From NCBI GenBank assembly GCA_964584265.1, contig CAZOZI010000001.1, positions 1,623-65,622 of the forward strand: a DNA stretch of 64,000 nucleotides. Reading direction: 5' to 3'. Of the stretch, positions 20,009 through 29,747 are shown piece after piece. A program made the position numbers and the translations under genes. This stretch comes from an uncultured Candidatus Saccharibacteria bacterium. Lineage in GTDB: Bacteria > Patescibacteriota > Saccharimonadia > Saccharimonadales > CAYVSP01. The notes beneath the pieces are model-generated. The model was not told where the DNA came from and did no database searches. It saw only the letters and a program-made list of their open reading frames with translations. Position 1 is the first letter of the stretch. Every line of letters starts with the position of its first letter.

Positions 20009-21610
20009 ATGAGTCAAGACGCCCGGGCCGATGAAGAACAAGCTACACAGCGTCGTGCCGCTATTCTAGGCATGACGTATTTTGACACAGCTGGCACTAC
20101 CGATAAAGCGCTTTATAAAGACCTCTTGCCCGTAAGAGAATTGTATGATCTAAAAATTATTCCTTTGCAATCCGATGAACACTATATAAATTTTGGCGTT
20201 ACCAATACCACTTCCCAGGCGACTATGAGTAATCTGCGGCAACGCTTTCAAGACCAGCAAATTACTTATGCGCTGATTTCTGATACTGGCTTTCGTGATT
20301 ACCTGAAGCTGTATGATCCACCCAAAGAGGTCAAATACCAGGATATCAGTGTCTCGTCGTTTGATGTCGCACAAGGTATCGAAGATGTTTCAACGACGCT
20401 AGCGCAAGTACATGCCGATGATTTATTAGCCTACCTAGTAAAGCAGGCCTATCAGCTCAAAGCATCCGATATACACTTGGAATGTCAAAAAGAAGATGTA
20501 CGTGTTCGTTTACGGGTTGACGGTGTATTGCATCCCATTGCTAGGCTTGCGGGCGACAAATACCGTCAACTGCTCTCTGCCATTGCTATCGTTGCTAACA
20601 TTTCAACTAATGCTCCAGAGGCCCAAACTGGTCATATCAACAAGGAATACACACTTGCTACTGGTGAAAAAGTTACGGTAAATCTGCGCGTTGAAACTGT
20701 ACCAGCCGCTTTTGGGCAAGATGTGGTGATGCGTCTGTTCAACCTTAAATTAGAACTGCTTAAACTTGATAATTTAAGTCTCAGTGAGGCTGAACGCAAA
20801 GTAGTAGATGATATTATTCAGCACCCGACCGGTATGGTTCTTGTCGTAGGTCCCACTGGGTCAGGTAAAACCACTACCTTATATTCTCTAATCAATACAC
20901 TTAATACACCTGAACGAAAAATTGTAACACTTGAGGACCCTATTGAGTATTTTATGCCTGGAGTAGTGCAGATTCCGGTTCGAGGCGACCAAGACAAAAC
21001 CGGCTTCGCTGAAAAACTGCGTGCAGTGTTACGTCTAGACCCTGATGTAGTTATGGTTGGCGAAATTCGTGACCAAGACACGGCTCGCACTTCCTTGCAG
21101 GCTGCCCTGACTGGCCAGTTGGTCATGAGTACCTTCCATGCCTATTCTGCAGCGGCGGCTTTGACTCGCATGCTCGACGCCGTCGGCATCAATCCATTGT
21201 TTGCCTCGGCAATGCACTTGGTTATGGCTCAACGGTTGGTGCGTCGGCTCGACGAAAATACTAAACAACCATATCAAGCAGACGAAGCGCTCATCAAACA
21301 GTTGCAGCCTATCATAGATAGTCTGCCCAAACATGTAACGAAGCCTGATCTAAAAAAAGTTACATTCTACCGTTCGGGGAAATCTAAAGAGAATCCATTC
21401 GGGTACACCGGACAATTGCCACTGCGTGAACAACTGCAAATGACCCCAGGTGTGCGGCAAATTCTGCGCATGCCACCTAATGAAGTAACCACTGAGATGA
21501 TTGAAAAAAAGGCCGTCGAAGACGGCATGCTGACCATGCTGCAAGATGGTCTACTCAAGGCCATTGAGGGGCTGACTAGTCTTGAAGAGGTGTATAGAGT
21601 AGTTGGCTAA
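20009..21610 (+). CDS. pilB: type IV pilus assembly ATPase PilB / GspE family
   Basis: Walker A VVGPTGSGKTTTLYS, Asp box, His box. N-terminal GSPII_E N-domain. 533 aa. Confidence 0.88.
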   Translation: MSQDARADEEQATQRRAAILGMTYFDTAGTTDKALYKDLLPVRELYDLKIIPLQSDEHYINFGVTNTTSQATMSNLRQRFQDQQITYALISDTGFRDYLKLYDPPKEVKYQDISVSSFDVAQGIEDVSTTLAQVHADDLLAYLVKQAYQLKASDIHLECQKEDVRVRLRVDGVLHPIARLAGDKYRQLLSAIAIVANISTNAPEAQTGHINKEYTLATGEKVTVNLRVETVPAAFGQDVVMRLFNLKLELLKLDNLSLSEAERKVVDDIIQHPTGMVLVVGPTGSGKTTTLYSLINTLNTPERKIVTLEDPIEYFMPGVVQIPVRGDQDKTGFAEKLRAVLRLDPDVVMVGEIRDQDTARTSLQAALTGQLVMSTFHAYSAAAALTRMLDAVGINPLFASAMHLVMAQRLVRRLDENTKQPYQADEALIKQLQPIIDSLPKHVTKPDLKKVTFYRSGKSKENPFGYTGQLPLREQLQMTPGVRQILRMPPNEVTTEMIEKKAVEDGMLTMLQDGLLKAIEGLTSLEEVYRVVG

Positions 21611-22737
21611 ACAATAACTTTTGCGATTGCTGGCACTAATCGTTTATCAAGTACGCTAGGGATAATACATTCTGGAGTTGGTTTTTTGACCAGGTTGGCA
21701 ATTGCCTCAGCGGCAGCTATTTTGTGTTTATCTGTAATTTTTTTGACTCCATGGTCCAAAGCTCCGCGAAAAATACCCGGAAAAGCCAGTACGTTATTAA
21801 TTTGATTAGGAAAATCACTTCGACCAGTAGCTATAATTGTGGCGCCACCTTTTTTTGCCTCATCAGGCATGATTTCTGGCGTAGGATTTGCCATTGCGAA
21901 GACTATAGAATTTTTATTCATGTTTCCGACATCTTCAGCCTTCAAAAGGTTGCCGCGCGACAAGCCTATAAAAATATCTGCTTCATGGATTGCGTCGCTG
22001 AGCTGTCCAGGCTTGATATTGTCAGTGAACTTCAATAAGAGCCTTTTCTCCTCATTCAAATCTTTACGAGACGGCACAATGATACCTTTGCTATCGACCA
22101 TTAGAATATGCGGTTTAGCATAGAGGTATAATAATTTGGCAACAGCTACACCTGCTGCCCCGGCGCCGACCAAAACGATTTTACAATCAGACAGTTTCTT
22201 GCCAGTTATTTTACTAGCGTTAAGTAAACCTGCCAGCACAACAACTGCCGTGCCATGCTGGTCATCGTGCATGACTGGTATATCCAGCTCTACCTTTAGT
22301 CTATTCTCAACTTCAAAGCACTTGGGCGCAGCTATATCTTCTAGGTTAATTGCTCCAAAACTCGGCGCAATCGCCTTCACAGTTTTAATAATCTCTTCAG
22401 TAGTATGGACGTTTAGCACGATAGGGACTGCATCAATGCCCGCAAACTCCTTGAAAATCATAGCTTTACCTTCCATGATCGGCATACCTCCGAAAGGACC
22501 AATGTCTCCAAGCCCTAATACTGCCGAGCCGTCACTCACAACCGCTAGATTGTTGTTGATCCAAGAATAAGGTTTGAGTGCTTCGCGCCCTTTAGCAGCT
22601 TCCAGTGCTACACCACCCATACCCGGCGTATAGTAAGCGCTCAACTTTTCTCTTGTATTTAACGAGTCCCGAGCTATAGTGCTGATTTTACCTTTATGTT
22701 TACGGTGTAGTCTTTTTGAAATCTCGTAGATGTCCAT
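21607..22737 (-). CDS. NAD(P)-dependent malic enzyme, short form
   Basis: 376 aa. ME family motifs (VVSDGSAVLGLGDIG, VLVGAGAAGVAVAKLL). Convergent 4-nt overlap with pilB. Confidence 0.88.
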   Translation of the reverse strand: MDIYEISKRLHRKHKGKISTIARDSLNTREKLSAYYTPGMGGVALEAAKGREALKPYSWINNNLAVVSDGSAVLGLGDIGPFGGMPIMEGKAMIFKEFAGIDAVPIVLNVHTTEEIIKTVKAIAPSFGAINLEDIAAPKCFEVENRLKVELDIPVMHDDQHGTAVVVLAGLLNASKITGKKLSDCKIVLVGAGAAGVAVAKLLYLYAKPHILMVDSKGIIVPSRKDLNEEKRLLLKFTDNIKPGQLSDAIHEADIFIGLSRGNLLKAEDVGNMNKNSIVFAMANPTPEIMPDEAKKGGATIIATGRSDFPNQINNVLAFPGIFRGALDHGVKKITDKHKIAAAEAIANLVKKPTPECIIPSVLDKRLVPAIAKVIV

Positions 22738-22822
22738 TTAGTCATACTATAGCTACCTGACAGTGTATACTAGTAGACAAATAACTTATATTAGGATATA
22801 ATAACAAACCAAGGAAACTATT

Positions 22823-23350
22823 ATGTCTTCTTTGCCTTCAAATTTACCTTCTTCACTTACAGCAGAAATTATAAACGCGAACATTGAGACAATTGATCGG
22901 TGGGAACTGCTACCTAGCGCTGACCAACTAGCAGTTTTTTCTAGAGGTGTATTTGAGAGATGGTTGCTATATGTAGCGCCGGAAATTGATGTGAAACCTT
23001 GCTACGACATGAATCAACTGGACAACATTGTAGATCGTGCTTGGGAGGGTGTACCAACACAGAATTCAGGTAGTCAACCGGCTAGTTTCTCCAGGCGTAG
23101 TTCTATCTTATATTTGCCTTGGCATGACCTAATGGAGACAAGGACGTTTGATGCCACAAGCCACCCAGAGGCGGTACACGAACATGGAGAAACGGATGAA
23201 ACGGATACTGTTCGAGGATTTCACCATATTGAACTTGTTGTGTTGCCTGATCAAGCAGTGCTGGAACAAATAAATAAGCCGGATAAATCTCTTAAAATTA
23301 CTAATAGAGGTTTGAAAAGAGCTCTAATGCTTCAGCAATGGCGTCGCTAG
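22823..23350 (+). CDS. hypothetical protein (175 aa)
   Basis: ORF with AAGGAA RBS. TATAAT-like box at 22797-22802. Confidence 0.5.
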   Translation: MSSLPSNLPSSLTAEIINANIETIDRWELLPSADQLAVFSRGVFERWLLYVAPEIDVKPCYDMNQLDNIVDRAWEGVPTQNSGSQPASFSRRSSILYLPWHDLMETRTFDATSHPEAVHEHGETDETDTVRGFHHIELVVLPDQAVLEQINKPDKSLKITNRGLKRALMLQQWRR

Positions 23351-23388
23351 TTGCAAATAACAGAGATGTAGTGTAAAATCGACGGGTT

Positions 23389-23934
23389 ATGCAAGGTGTT
23401 ATTAAAGAAATTGAGCAGAGCTTTAAAAAAAAGCAAGTTGTTGATGTAAAGTCAGGCGACAGTGTTAAAGTGCACCAGAAAATCCGTGAAGGCAATAAAG
23501 AGCGTGTTCAGATTTTCGAAGGACTTGTTATTCGTACCGATCGCAAAGACTCACACACAAGCCGAATTACGGTTCGTCGAATTGCTAGTGGTATTGGTGT
23601 CGAGAAAAGCTTTTTACTTCATAGCCCACTTATACTTAAGGTCGAAGTTGTTAAGCGGAGCAAAGTTCGTCGTAACTATCTGACCTATATGCGAGCTCGA
23701 ACGGGTAAAGCCACCCGCTTAATCGGCAGCGAATTTGATAAGGAAGCCGTCAATGCCATCCACGATGAAGCTGCTGAAGCTGAGGAAGAAAAATTGAAGG
23801 AAGAAGTTGCTAAACAGGCTGAGGCTGACGCTGAAAAGAAGGCAGAAGAGGAAGCTAAGCTTGAAGCCAAGGCTGACGCTGCTATTCAAGCGCATGATCA
23901 GGTCGTTCCAGAACCCAAAGATAACGAAGAATAA
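23389..23934 (+). CDS. rplS: 50S ribosomal protein L19 with C-terminal A/E/K-rich extension
   Basis: Residues 1-115 match L19 (GDSVKVHQKIREGNKERVQIFEGLVI...). The extra ~65-aa tail is EAAEAEEEKLKEEVAKQAEADAEKKAEEEAKLEAKADAA. Confidence 0.9.
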   Translation: MQGVIKEIEQSFKKKQVVDVKSGDSVKVHQKIREGNKERVQIFEGLVIRTDRKDSHTSRITVRRIASGIGVEKSFLLHSPLILKVEVVKRSKVRRNYLTYMRARTGKATRLIGSEFDKEAVNAIHDEAAEAEEEKLKEEVAKQAEADAEKKAEEEAKLEAKADAAIQAHDQVVPEPKDNEE

Positions 23935-23952
23935 AAGCGTCAGATTATTTGT

Positions 23953-23979
23953 AAAAACCACCTAAAGCGGTGGTTTTTT
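23953..23979 (+). terminator. rho-independent terminator after rplS
   Basis: AAAAACCACC-TAAAGC-GGTGGTTTTTT; stem 23958-23962/23969-23973 plus T6. Confidence 0.7.
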
Positions 23980-23995
23980 GATAGTATAGAAATAT

Positions 23996-24559
23996 ATGAG
24001 GGTTTTGGTTGGCGTTGATGAAGTCGGCAGAGGCAGTTGGGCAGGTCCGTTGTTAGTGGTGGCAGCCAAAGCCATAACTGTACTACCTAACGGTCTGAAA
24101 GACTCAAAAACACTGACAAAAAAGAAAAGAGAATCTTTAGTGGAGGCATTAACCACCAGCTGTCAGTTTGGTGAGGGGTGGGTTCAACCAGAAGAAATTG
24201 ATGCCCATGGGCTGTCTAAATCGCTACGCATTGGCGTACAACGCGCCTTACTTGCTTTAGGCACAGGATTAATGGATGAGATTATCCTCGATGGTAATGT
24301 CAATTATTGCCCACCGGAGTTTACTAACGCACGTTGTGAAATCAAAGCTGATAGTTTATACCCTATTGTTAGTGCAGCTAGCATTTACGCTAAAGTTTTA
24401 CGCGATCAGCATATGGTGCGCTTAGCTCGGTTCCATCCATATTATGGTTTTGAACAACACGTCGGTTATGGCACCGCACAACATAGAAGTAGCTTGAAGA
24501 TCCATGGTGTTAGTAAAGTTCACCGCAAGAGCTATAAACCGGTACAAGCTTACATATGA
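23996..24559 (+). CDS. rnhB: ribonuclease HII
   Basis: VGVDEVGRGSWAGPLLVVA N-terminus; 187 aa. Confidence 0.9.
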   Translation: MRVLVGVDEVGRGSWAGPLLVVAAKAITVLPNGLKDSKTLTKKKRESLVEALTTSCQFGEGWVQPEEIDAHGLSKSLRIGVQRALLALGTGLMDEIILDGNVNYCPPEFTNARCEIKADSLYPIVSAASIYAKVLRDQHMVRLARFHPYYGFEQHVGYGTAQHRSSLKIHGVSKVHRKSYKPVQAYI

Positions 24560-24903
24560 TCACATCGTATAAAACAGGCCACATAGCCGAGTCAAAAGCT
24601 GCCGAATACTTGAAGAGTCAGGGCTATAAAGTTTTGACTACTAATTGGAAGACGCGACACTGCGAAATTGATATTGTTGCCCAAAAGGATGCAATTATTC
24701 ATTTTGTAGAAGTTAAGTACCGTGTTCGTAACAATCAGGGGAGCGGTTTAGAGTATATTACGCGAACCAAGCTCAAACAGATGCGGCTCGCTGCCGAGAT
24801 GTGGGTAAAAGAAAACAATTGGCGACTAGATTACTGCTTAAGTGCTATTGAGCTGAGTGGTACAGATTTTAGGGTTACCAACTTTCTGCCGAACTGTACA
24901 TAG
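24556..24903 (+). CDS. yraN: YraN/UPF0102 family endonuclease
   Basis: GHIAESKAAEYLKSQGYKVLTTNW...EIDIVA...FVEVKYR. Overlaps rnhB stop. Confidence 0.8.
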   Translation: MITSYKTGHIAESKAAEYLKSQGYKVLTTNWKTRHCEIDIVAQKDAIIHFVEVKYRVRNNQGSGLEYITRTKLKQMRLAAEMWVKENNWRLDYCLSAIELSGTDFRVTNFLPNCT

Positions 24904-24992
24904 TTTTTCAGTCACGCGTTGCATAGATAACCGATAATAAGCAAACCTTGCAAAAGGTGTTATAGTAGAAATATAGAGAGTAGATAAAGATT

Positions 24993-25658
24993 ATGAGCGT
25001 ACCAAACGCAATCCATACTATTAATCAAGAACCATCATCTGGTTGGTCCAGCTGGCATCATGGCATGACAGGTTTCCAGGAAGTCGGATTGATAGGAATA
25101 CCCGATGAGCTAGATGGCTTTGAAGGCTACTACAACAAGCTTGACCCAAGAATTACGAACCCCTCTGACTACACTTTTGCAGAACTACGAGATGTGTTAG
25201 CAGGCGTAGAACCCGTTGAAATAAACCGTGATGCGGCATTACGGATGAGAGACAGATTTGATTCCACATGGCCACTAAGGACAGTTGTGCGCCAGTGGGC
25301 AACCGTCAGGTTCAGTGAAGGCGCCTTACGACGAAACGACAACGGAGAGGTAGTAGGCTCATTCGCGACTAATAAAGACAAACCGGTGACTAAGCAGACG
25401 CTCTACACTGTTAGGTTGTCACACATGGGCCGGGTGTCGTTGGGAAAGAGGTATGCAACGCCTCTGAAAGCCACAGCCAATAGGCGTGAAATTGGGCGAC
25501 AGTACGTACTTGATAGATTTTTACCCGTACCTATAGCTCGCGTCTTCTACAGTGATGGTAACCATGAAACACGCCTACCCATTCAAGATTCGTATGCTAC
25601 AGTTGCGAATCATCTCTCTAGTCTGTTCAAGCTTCTTGAGGCTGAGACTGCTGCTTAA
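24993..25658 (+). CDS. hypothetical protein (221 aa)
   Basis: ORF converging with pepN (32-nt overlap). No recognisable motif. Appears more GC-rich than neighbours. Confidence 0.45.
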   Translation: MSVPNAIHTINQEPSSGWSSWHHGMTGFQEVGLIGIPDELDGFEGYYNKLDPRITNPSDYTFAELRDVLAGVEPVEINRDAALRMRDRFDSTWPLRTVVRQWATVRFSEGALRRNDNGEVVGSFATNKDKPVTKQTLYTVRLSHMGRVSLGKRYATPLKATANRREIGRQYVLDRFLPVPIARVFYSDGNHETRLPIQDSYATVANHLSSLFKLLEAETAA

Positions 25659-28263
25659 AGAAAGCCTTGATGGCTTTTCGGTCGCGTTCCTTCCAGGCTG
25701 ATTGCCACTCGACTATCTCAATACCTTGCTTAATCGAACGGTCTAAGGCTGGTGAATGTACGGAATGGAAAAAAGTCTTAAAGCTTGCCAAGAATTTCTT
25801 ATCGCTGAAAGAGCGTGCAGCATAAATAGGCATGCGATAAAAGCTTAGGTCTGTACCGAGATTTTCAACCATCCAAGGCCAATTCTTTATCAACCACAGC
25901 CAAGTGCGTCGTTTAGCGTGACGGTTCAAAAAGCTATACGCCACCCAATATGCCACATCTTGGCGCCTCACGTCATCTGAGGTAATCATAGCCAGCGCTT
26001 GGTCAATAAGCTTAGGCTGTTTAAAACCAGTTATAGCAGCGCTTAGCGTAACACGTTCTTCACCTAGCGTAGAGGTATTATGCAGCTTCACTAATCTGGC
26101 AAAGGTTTTGGCGTTGCCGGTTCGTGCAACCGTGCCAAAAACAACACCGCGTAAATCCGGGTCTATACCTGTTCCTCTTACTAAAACACCTCTGTTGGTG
26201 CCGCTACGTAGATCTGGCGGAATATCCTTAGCATGCTTAATTTTAGCAAATAGCTGCTGGCATCGCTTTACAACCGCTGGTTCGTCAGCACTGGCTGCCA
26301 GGCCCAATATAATAGGCCTCAGTAGTGTGTCAAAATGAGATTCATTTTTCTTTCTTGTCCATCCAAGGCGCTTGAGCTGAGGTGCAACCAAATGGCGGAT
26401 GTAGGGCTTCATGTTTTCACGCACCTCTTCGTCATCCATAGCCAGGCGGATTGAGCCTATTAGGGAAGTAATGATATCCCACACGGCGTAATTATCTTCA
26501 CTGCGGTATGATTCCAGCAGATGTAAGACACTGATTGTATCAATGTAACCAGCCTTAGCAGCTTCGGTTGCGTCAGCTAATATGCCTAGACGATCTAGTG
26601 GCGAAAATTTGCCTTCACGAATCTTTTCGCCAAGTTTCTGCAGATAGCTCGCGTTGTAGGTGGTACGGTAAAAGCCACCCTGAGCACGATTAAATTTAAA
26701 CCCCGCAATCGAGCGTGGTGTATATACGCTTGCAGCGTCCAACAGTGTTTCGGGCATATCTTCATTCTCGCTCAGCAAAGGTATTGACCAAGTCTGGCTA
26801 TGGGTAAGGGCTGAAGTCGTCTTTCTGTTTGTAAAAAAGCGTTGTTGGTTAACTTTTATCTCACGTGTTTCAACTTGTACGTCAAGGAGCGGGAAACCAC
26901 CTTGGCTTGTCCAGTCGTTCATAAAGCGACGCACTGGCCTTTTTGAGGCTTCTTCAAGTGCACTCCATAAATCTGTGGTATCGGCGTTCGCATATTCGTG
27001 TTGTTTTAAGTAATAGCGCAAACCTGTTTGGAAGGCTTTAGGTCCAAGGTAGTTATGGAGCATATGTATAACGCTGGCCCCTTTGTTGTAACTAATGGCG
27101 TCGAAAATTGTGCGTATCTCATCGGGGTGGTTAACAACAGCTTCAATCGGATGTGTGTTCTCAAGCGCATCTAATTTTAGGGCTTGTTGCTGTTCATCGA
27201 CAATAAATTGTGTCCACATTTGCCAATAGGGGAACAACTTATCTACGGCCAGATACTCAATCCAGCTGGCAAAGCCTTCATTAAGCCATAAGTCTGTCCA
27301 CCAGCGCATGGTCACTAAATTCCCGAACCATTGATGGGCCAGTTCATGTGCTACCACTAGAGCCACGTATTGTTTGTTTGCCAATGTTGAGTTTTTTGGG
27401 TCGACTAACATGGTTTGTTCGCGAAAGGTAATACAGCCCCAGTTTTCCATTGCGCCAGACGCAAAATCTGGCAAGGCAATCAGATCACACTTATCAAGAG
27501 GATAGGCAATACCGAAGTAATCGTTATAAAACTCTAAGCACTTAACAGCGACATCAAGCGCAAAATCAGTCAGAGCAACGTTTTGCTTGGTAGCATATGC
27601 CCTGACCTCAACACCATCTTTTGTTTTTTGCCTTATATACTCCATCTCGCCGAAGACAAAGGCCAGTAAGTACGTGCTCATTTTGGGTGTCTTTTCAAAG
27701 ATTGTTTGTAGGCGTTTCTTGTCATCAAGAGCTTGTTTTTTTACTGGTGTATTGGATAGAACTGTCTGATTCTGTGGAGTACTGAGTGTCAGCTCAAAAG
27801 TTGCTTTGGCCTCTGGCTCATCAATGCAAGGGAAAACTTCGCGGGCATGATGGCTCTCAAACTGAGTGGCAATAAGCTTCTTATCTTTACCATTTTCCTT
27901 AAAGAAACAAGGGTACATGCCGTTCATTTGGCGAGTAATTTTGCCTTTAAAGTGCAGAGTGATGGTATAACGACCAGGATATAGTGTGGTTTTAGCATGT
28001 AAGCGCACTTCGTCGAATGAGCTATGGTGATTGATCCGGTCAATTGTAACTGATCGGTCACCAGTTTTTTCGTGATATGTAACGCTACTCTGCGTAATTT
28101 TAAGATCGTGCTGGTGAAGCGTAAGCCTCTTGCTTGGTTTGCCGACTTTTTTGCCACTAATAACTACACTGCCTACAAATTCCATCGCATCAGAATCAAT
28201 ATCTAAATTGAGACTGTAATGTTCTGGCACAAATTGAGCAAATAGACGCACAACTTTTTTCAT
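25627..28263 (-). CDS. pepN: aminopeptidase N (M1 family)
   Basis: GAMENWG, HELAHQWFGNLVTMRWWTDLWLNEGFA (HEXXH-X18-E zincin signature). 878 aa. Confidence 0.92.
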   Translation of the reverse strand: MKKVVRLFAQFVPEHYSLNLDIDSDAMEFVGSVVISGKKVGKPSKRLTLHQHDLKITQSSVTYHEKTGDRSVTIDRINHHSSFDEVRLHAKTTLYPGRYTITLHFKGKITRQMNGMYPCFFKENGKDKKLIATQFESHHAREVFPCIDEPEAKATFELTLSTPQNQTVLSNTPVKKQALDDKKRLQTIFEKTPKMSTYLLAFVFGEMEYIRQKTKDGVEVRAYATKQNVALTDFALDVAVKCLEFYNDYFGIAYPLDKCDLIALPDFASGAMENWGCITFREQTMLVDPKNSTLANKQYVALVVAHELAHQWFGNLVTMRWWTDLWLNEGFASWIEYLAVDKLFPYWQMWTQFIVDEQQQALKLDALENTHPIEAVVNHPDEIRTIFDAISYNKGASVIHMLHNYLGPKAFQTGLRYYLKQHEYANADTTDLWSALEEASKRPVRRFMNDWTSQGGFPLLDVQVETREIKVNQQRFFTNRKTTSALTHSQTWSIPLLSENEDMPETLLDAASVYTPRSIAGFKFNRAQGGFYRTTYNASYLQKLGEKIREGKFSPLDRLGILADATEAAKAGYIDTISVLHLLESYRSEDNYAVWDIITSLIGSIRLAMDDEEVRENMKPYIRHLVAPQLKRLGWTRKKNESHFDTLLRPIILGLAASADEPAVVKRCQQLFAKIKHAKDIPPDLRSGTNRGVLVRGTGIDPDLRGVVFGTVARTGNAKTFARLVKLHNTSTLGEERVTLSAAITGFKQPKLIDQALAMITSDDVRRQDVAYWVAYSFLNRHAKRRTWLWLIKNWPWMVENLGTDLSFYRMPIYAARSFSDKKFLASFKTFFHSVHSPALDRSIKQGIEIVEWQSAWKERDRKAIKAFFKQQSQPQEA

Positions 28264-28303
28264 CTTAGCTATATCTTAACAAATTAGGTTACGACAGGCC
28301 GAA

Positions 28304-28368
28304 TTGACTTTTACAACACTGCTAGTTATTATGTATTTGTTAGATCCGGCCAGCAGGTCGGATTTTTT
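28304..28368 (+). promoter_or_regulatory. nusA leader: sigma70-like promoter followed by a terminator/attenuator-like hairpin
   Basis: -35 TTGACT (28304-28309), 17-nt spacer, -10 TATTAT (28327-28332). Then ATCCGGC-CAGCAG-GTCGGAT hairpin (28343-28362) followed by TTTTTT (28363-28368). Confidence 0.35.
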
Positions 28369-28539
28369 CATGCCTAAGTGATTAATAATTAATCCTTGCG
28401 TGTGTGGATGCAGCGCAAGGAAGCAGTGAGCAACGCAATAAGACGTACACAGAGTACGTTGAATGAGTAGCGCAATTGGTGACGCAGCGATGCGCCACAA
28501 GCATGAGCAGAGCTTGTTACTCTGCGACAAGGCAGGCTC

Positions 28540-29718
28540 ATGCGACACGAAAGGATTAAAGTGGATTTGGATATTAAGCAATTAGCCTTGGCGGTCAAAA
28601 CCATAGCCGAGGAGAAAAATTTACCCGAAGAAACAGTGCAAGAAGTTGTCGAGCAAGCCTTGGCGGCGGCTTATCGACGTGATTACGGTGAACGTGAGCA
28701 GGAAGTCCGCGTTCAGATGAACCTTAACACCGGTGATGTCACTGCATTTGTCACTAAAGAAGTGCTTGAGGACGTTCACGATCCGCACTTTGAGATTAGT
28801 GTCAAAGATGCTCAAGTTATGAAAAAGAATGCTAAGGTTGGGGATACCATTGAAGTTACTGAAAAGATTGAAAATTTTGGACGCGTTGCTGCCCAAACCG
28901 CTAAACAAGTAATCTTGCAACGACTTCGTGAAGCTGAACGTGAAATTATTATGAGCGAGTATGAAGACAAGATTGGCACGGTTATTAATGGCATCGTGTC
29001 ACGGGTCGAAGGACGTTTGGTGCGGGTTGATCTTGGTAAAGCCCAAGGCATTATGCCCGGCAGTGAGCAAATTCAAACCGAACGCTACTATCCAGGACAG
29101 CGCCTAAAAGTCTTTTTAAAAGATGTTGAGCGTGGCTTTCGTGGACCACAGTTGATCGTGTCTCGAGGCTGTCCGGAGTTTGTCGAATGGCTGTTCCGCG
29201 GTGAAGTGCCGGAAATGGAAAATGGTGCTGTTGAAATTAAGGACATCGCCCGCGAAGCTGGCGTACGCACCAAACTGGCTGTTAGTAGTACTGTGCAAGG
29301 CGTTGACCCGGTTGGTACATTTGTTGGTGGTCATGGCACGCGTGTAAATGCGGTGATGAGCGAAATTGGCGAGCAGGAAAAAATTGATATTGTAGTTTGG
29401 GATGAAAACTCAATTACATATATAACTAATGCGCTAAGCCCTACTAAAGTCAGCGAAGTAAAGATGGATGAAAAAAATAAAAAGGCTGTCGTGATTGTGC
29501 CTGAAGACCAACTCAGTATTGCGATCGGCAAAAACGGCCAAAATGTTCGTCTAGCTAGCAAGCTAACTGGTTATGATTTGGATATTACGGCTGAAACTGA
29601 GAAAGCAACTGTCAAAGTAGAACCAAAATCTGAAACTAAACCAAAGACACCAAAGCTTAAGAAGAAAGAGCAACTAGAAAGCAGTCTACTCGAAGCGATT
29701 GAGGAGCACGGCGAGTAG
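28540..29718 (+). CDS. nusA: transcription termination/antitermination factor NusA
   Basis: N-terminal NusA domain, S1, KH1/KH2 (QLSIAIGKNGQNVRLASKLTG). Start may be GTG at 28561. Confidence 0.92.
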   Translation: MRHERIKVDLDIKQLALAVKTIAEEKNLPEETVQEVVEQALAAAYRRDYGEREQEVRVQMNLNTGDVTAFVTKEVLEDVHDPHFEISVKDAQVMKKNAKVGDTIEVTEKIENFGRVAAQTAKQVILQRLREAEREIIMSEYEDKIGTVINGIVSRVEGRLVRVDLGKAQGIMPGSEQIQTERYYPGQRLKVFLKDVERGFRGPQLIVSRGCPEFVEWLFRGEVPEMENGAVEIKDIAREAGVRTKLAVSSTVQGVDPVGTFVGGHGTRVNAVMSEIGEQEKIDIVVWDENSITYITNALSPTKVSEVKMDEKNKKAVVIVPEDQLSIAIGKNGQNVRLASKLTGYDLDITAETEKATVKVEPKSETKPKTPKLKKKEQLESSLLEAIEEHGE

Positions 29719-29747
29719 TCAAATTATCCCAAGGGATTTTTACTGAC

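Noticed and set aside
28394-28440. Possible SRP RNA (ffs) because of a GGAAGCAG-like string
   Set aside because: The flanking sequence pairs as a different hairpin (CCTTGCG/CGCAAGG). No complementary 5' strand for the SRP domain IV helix was found.
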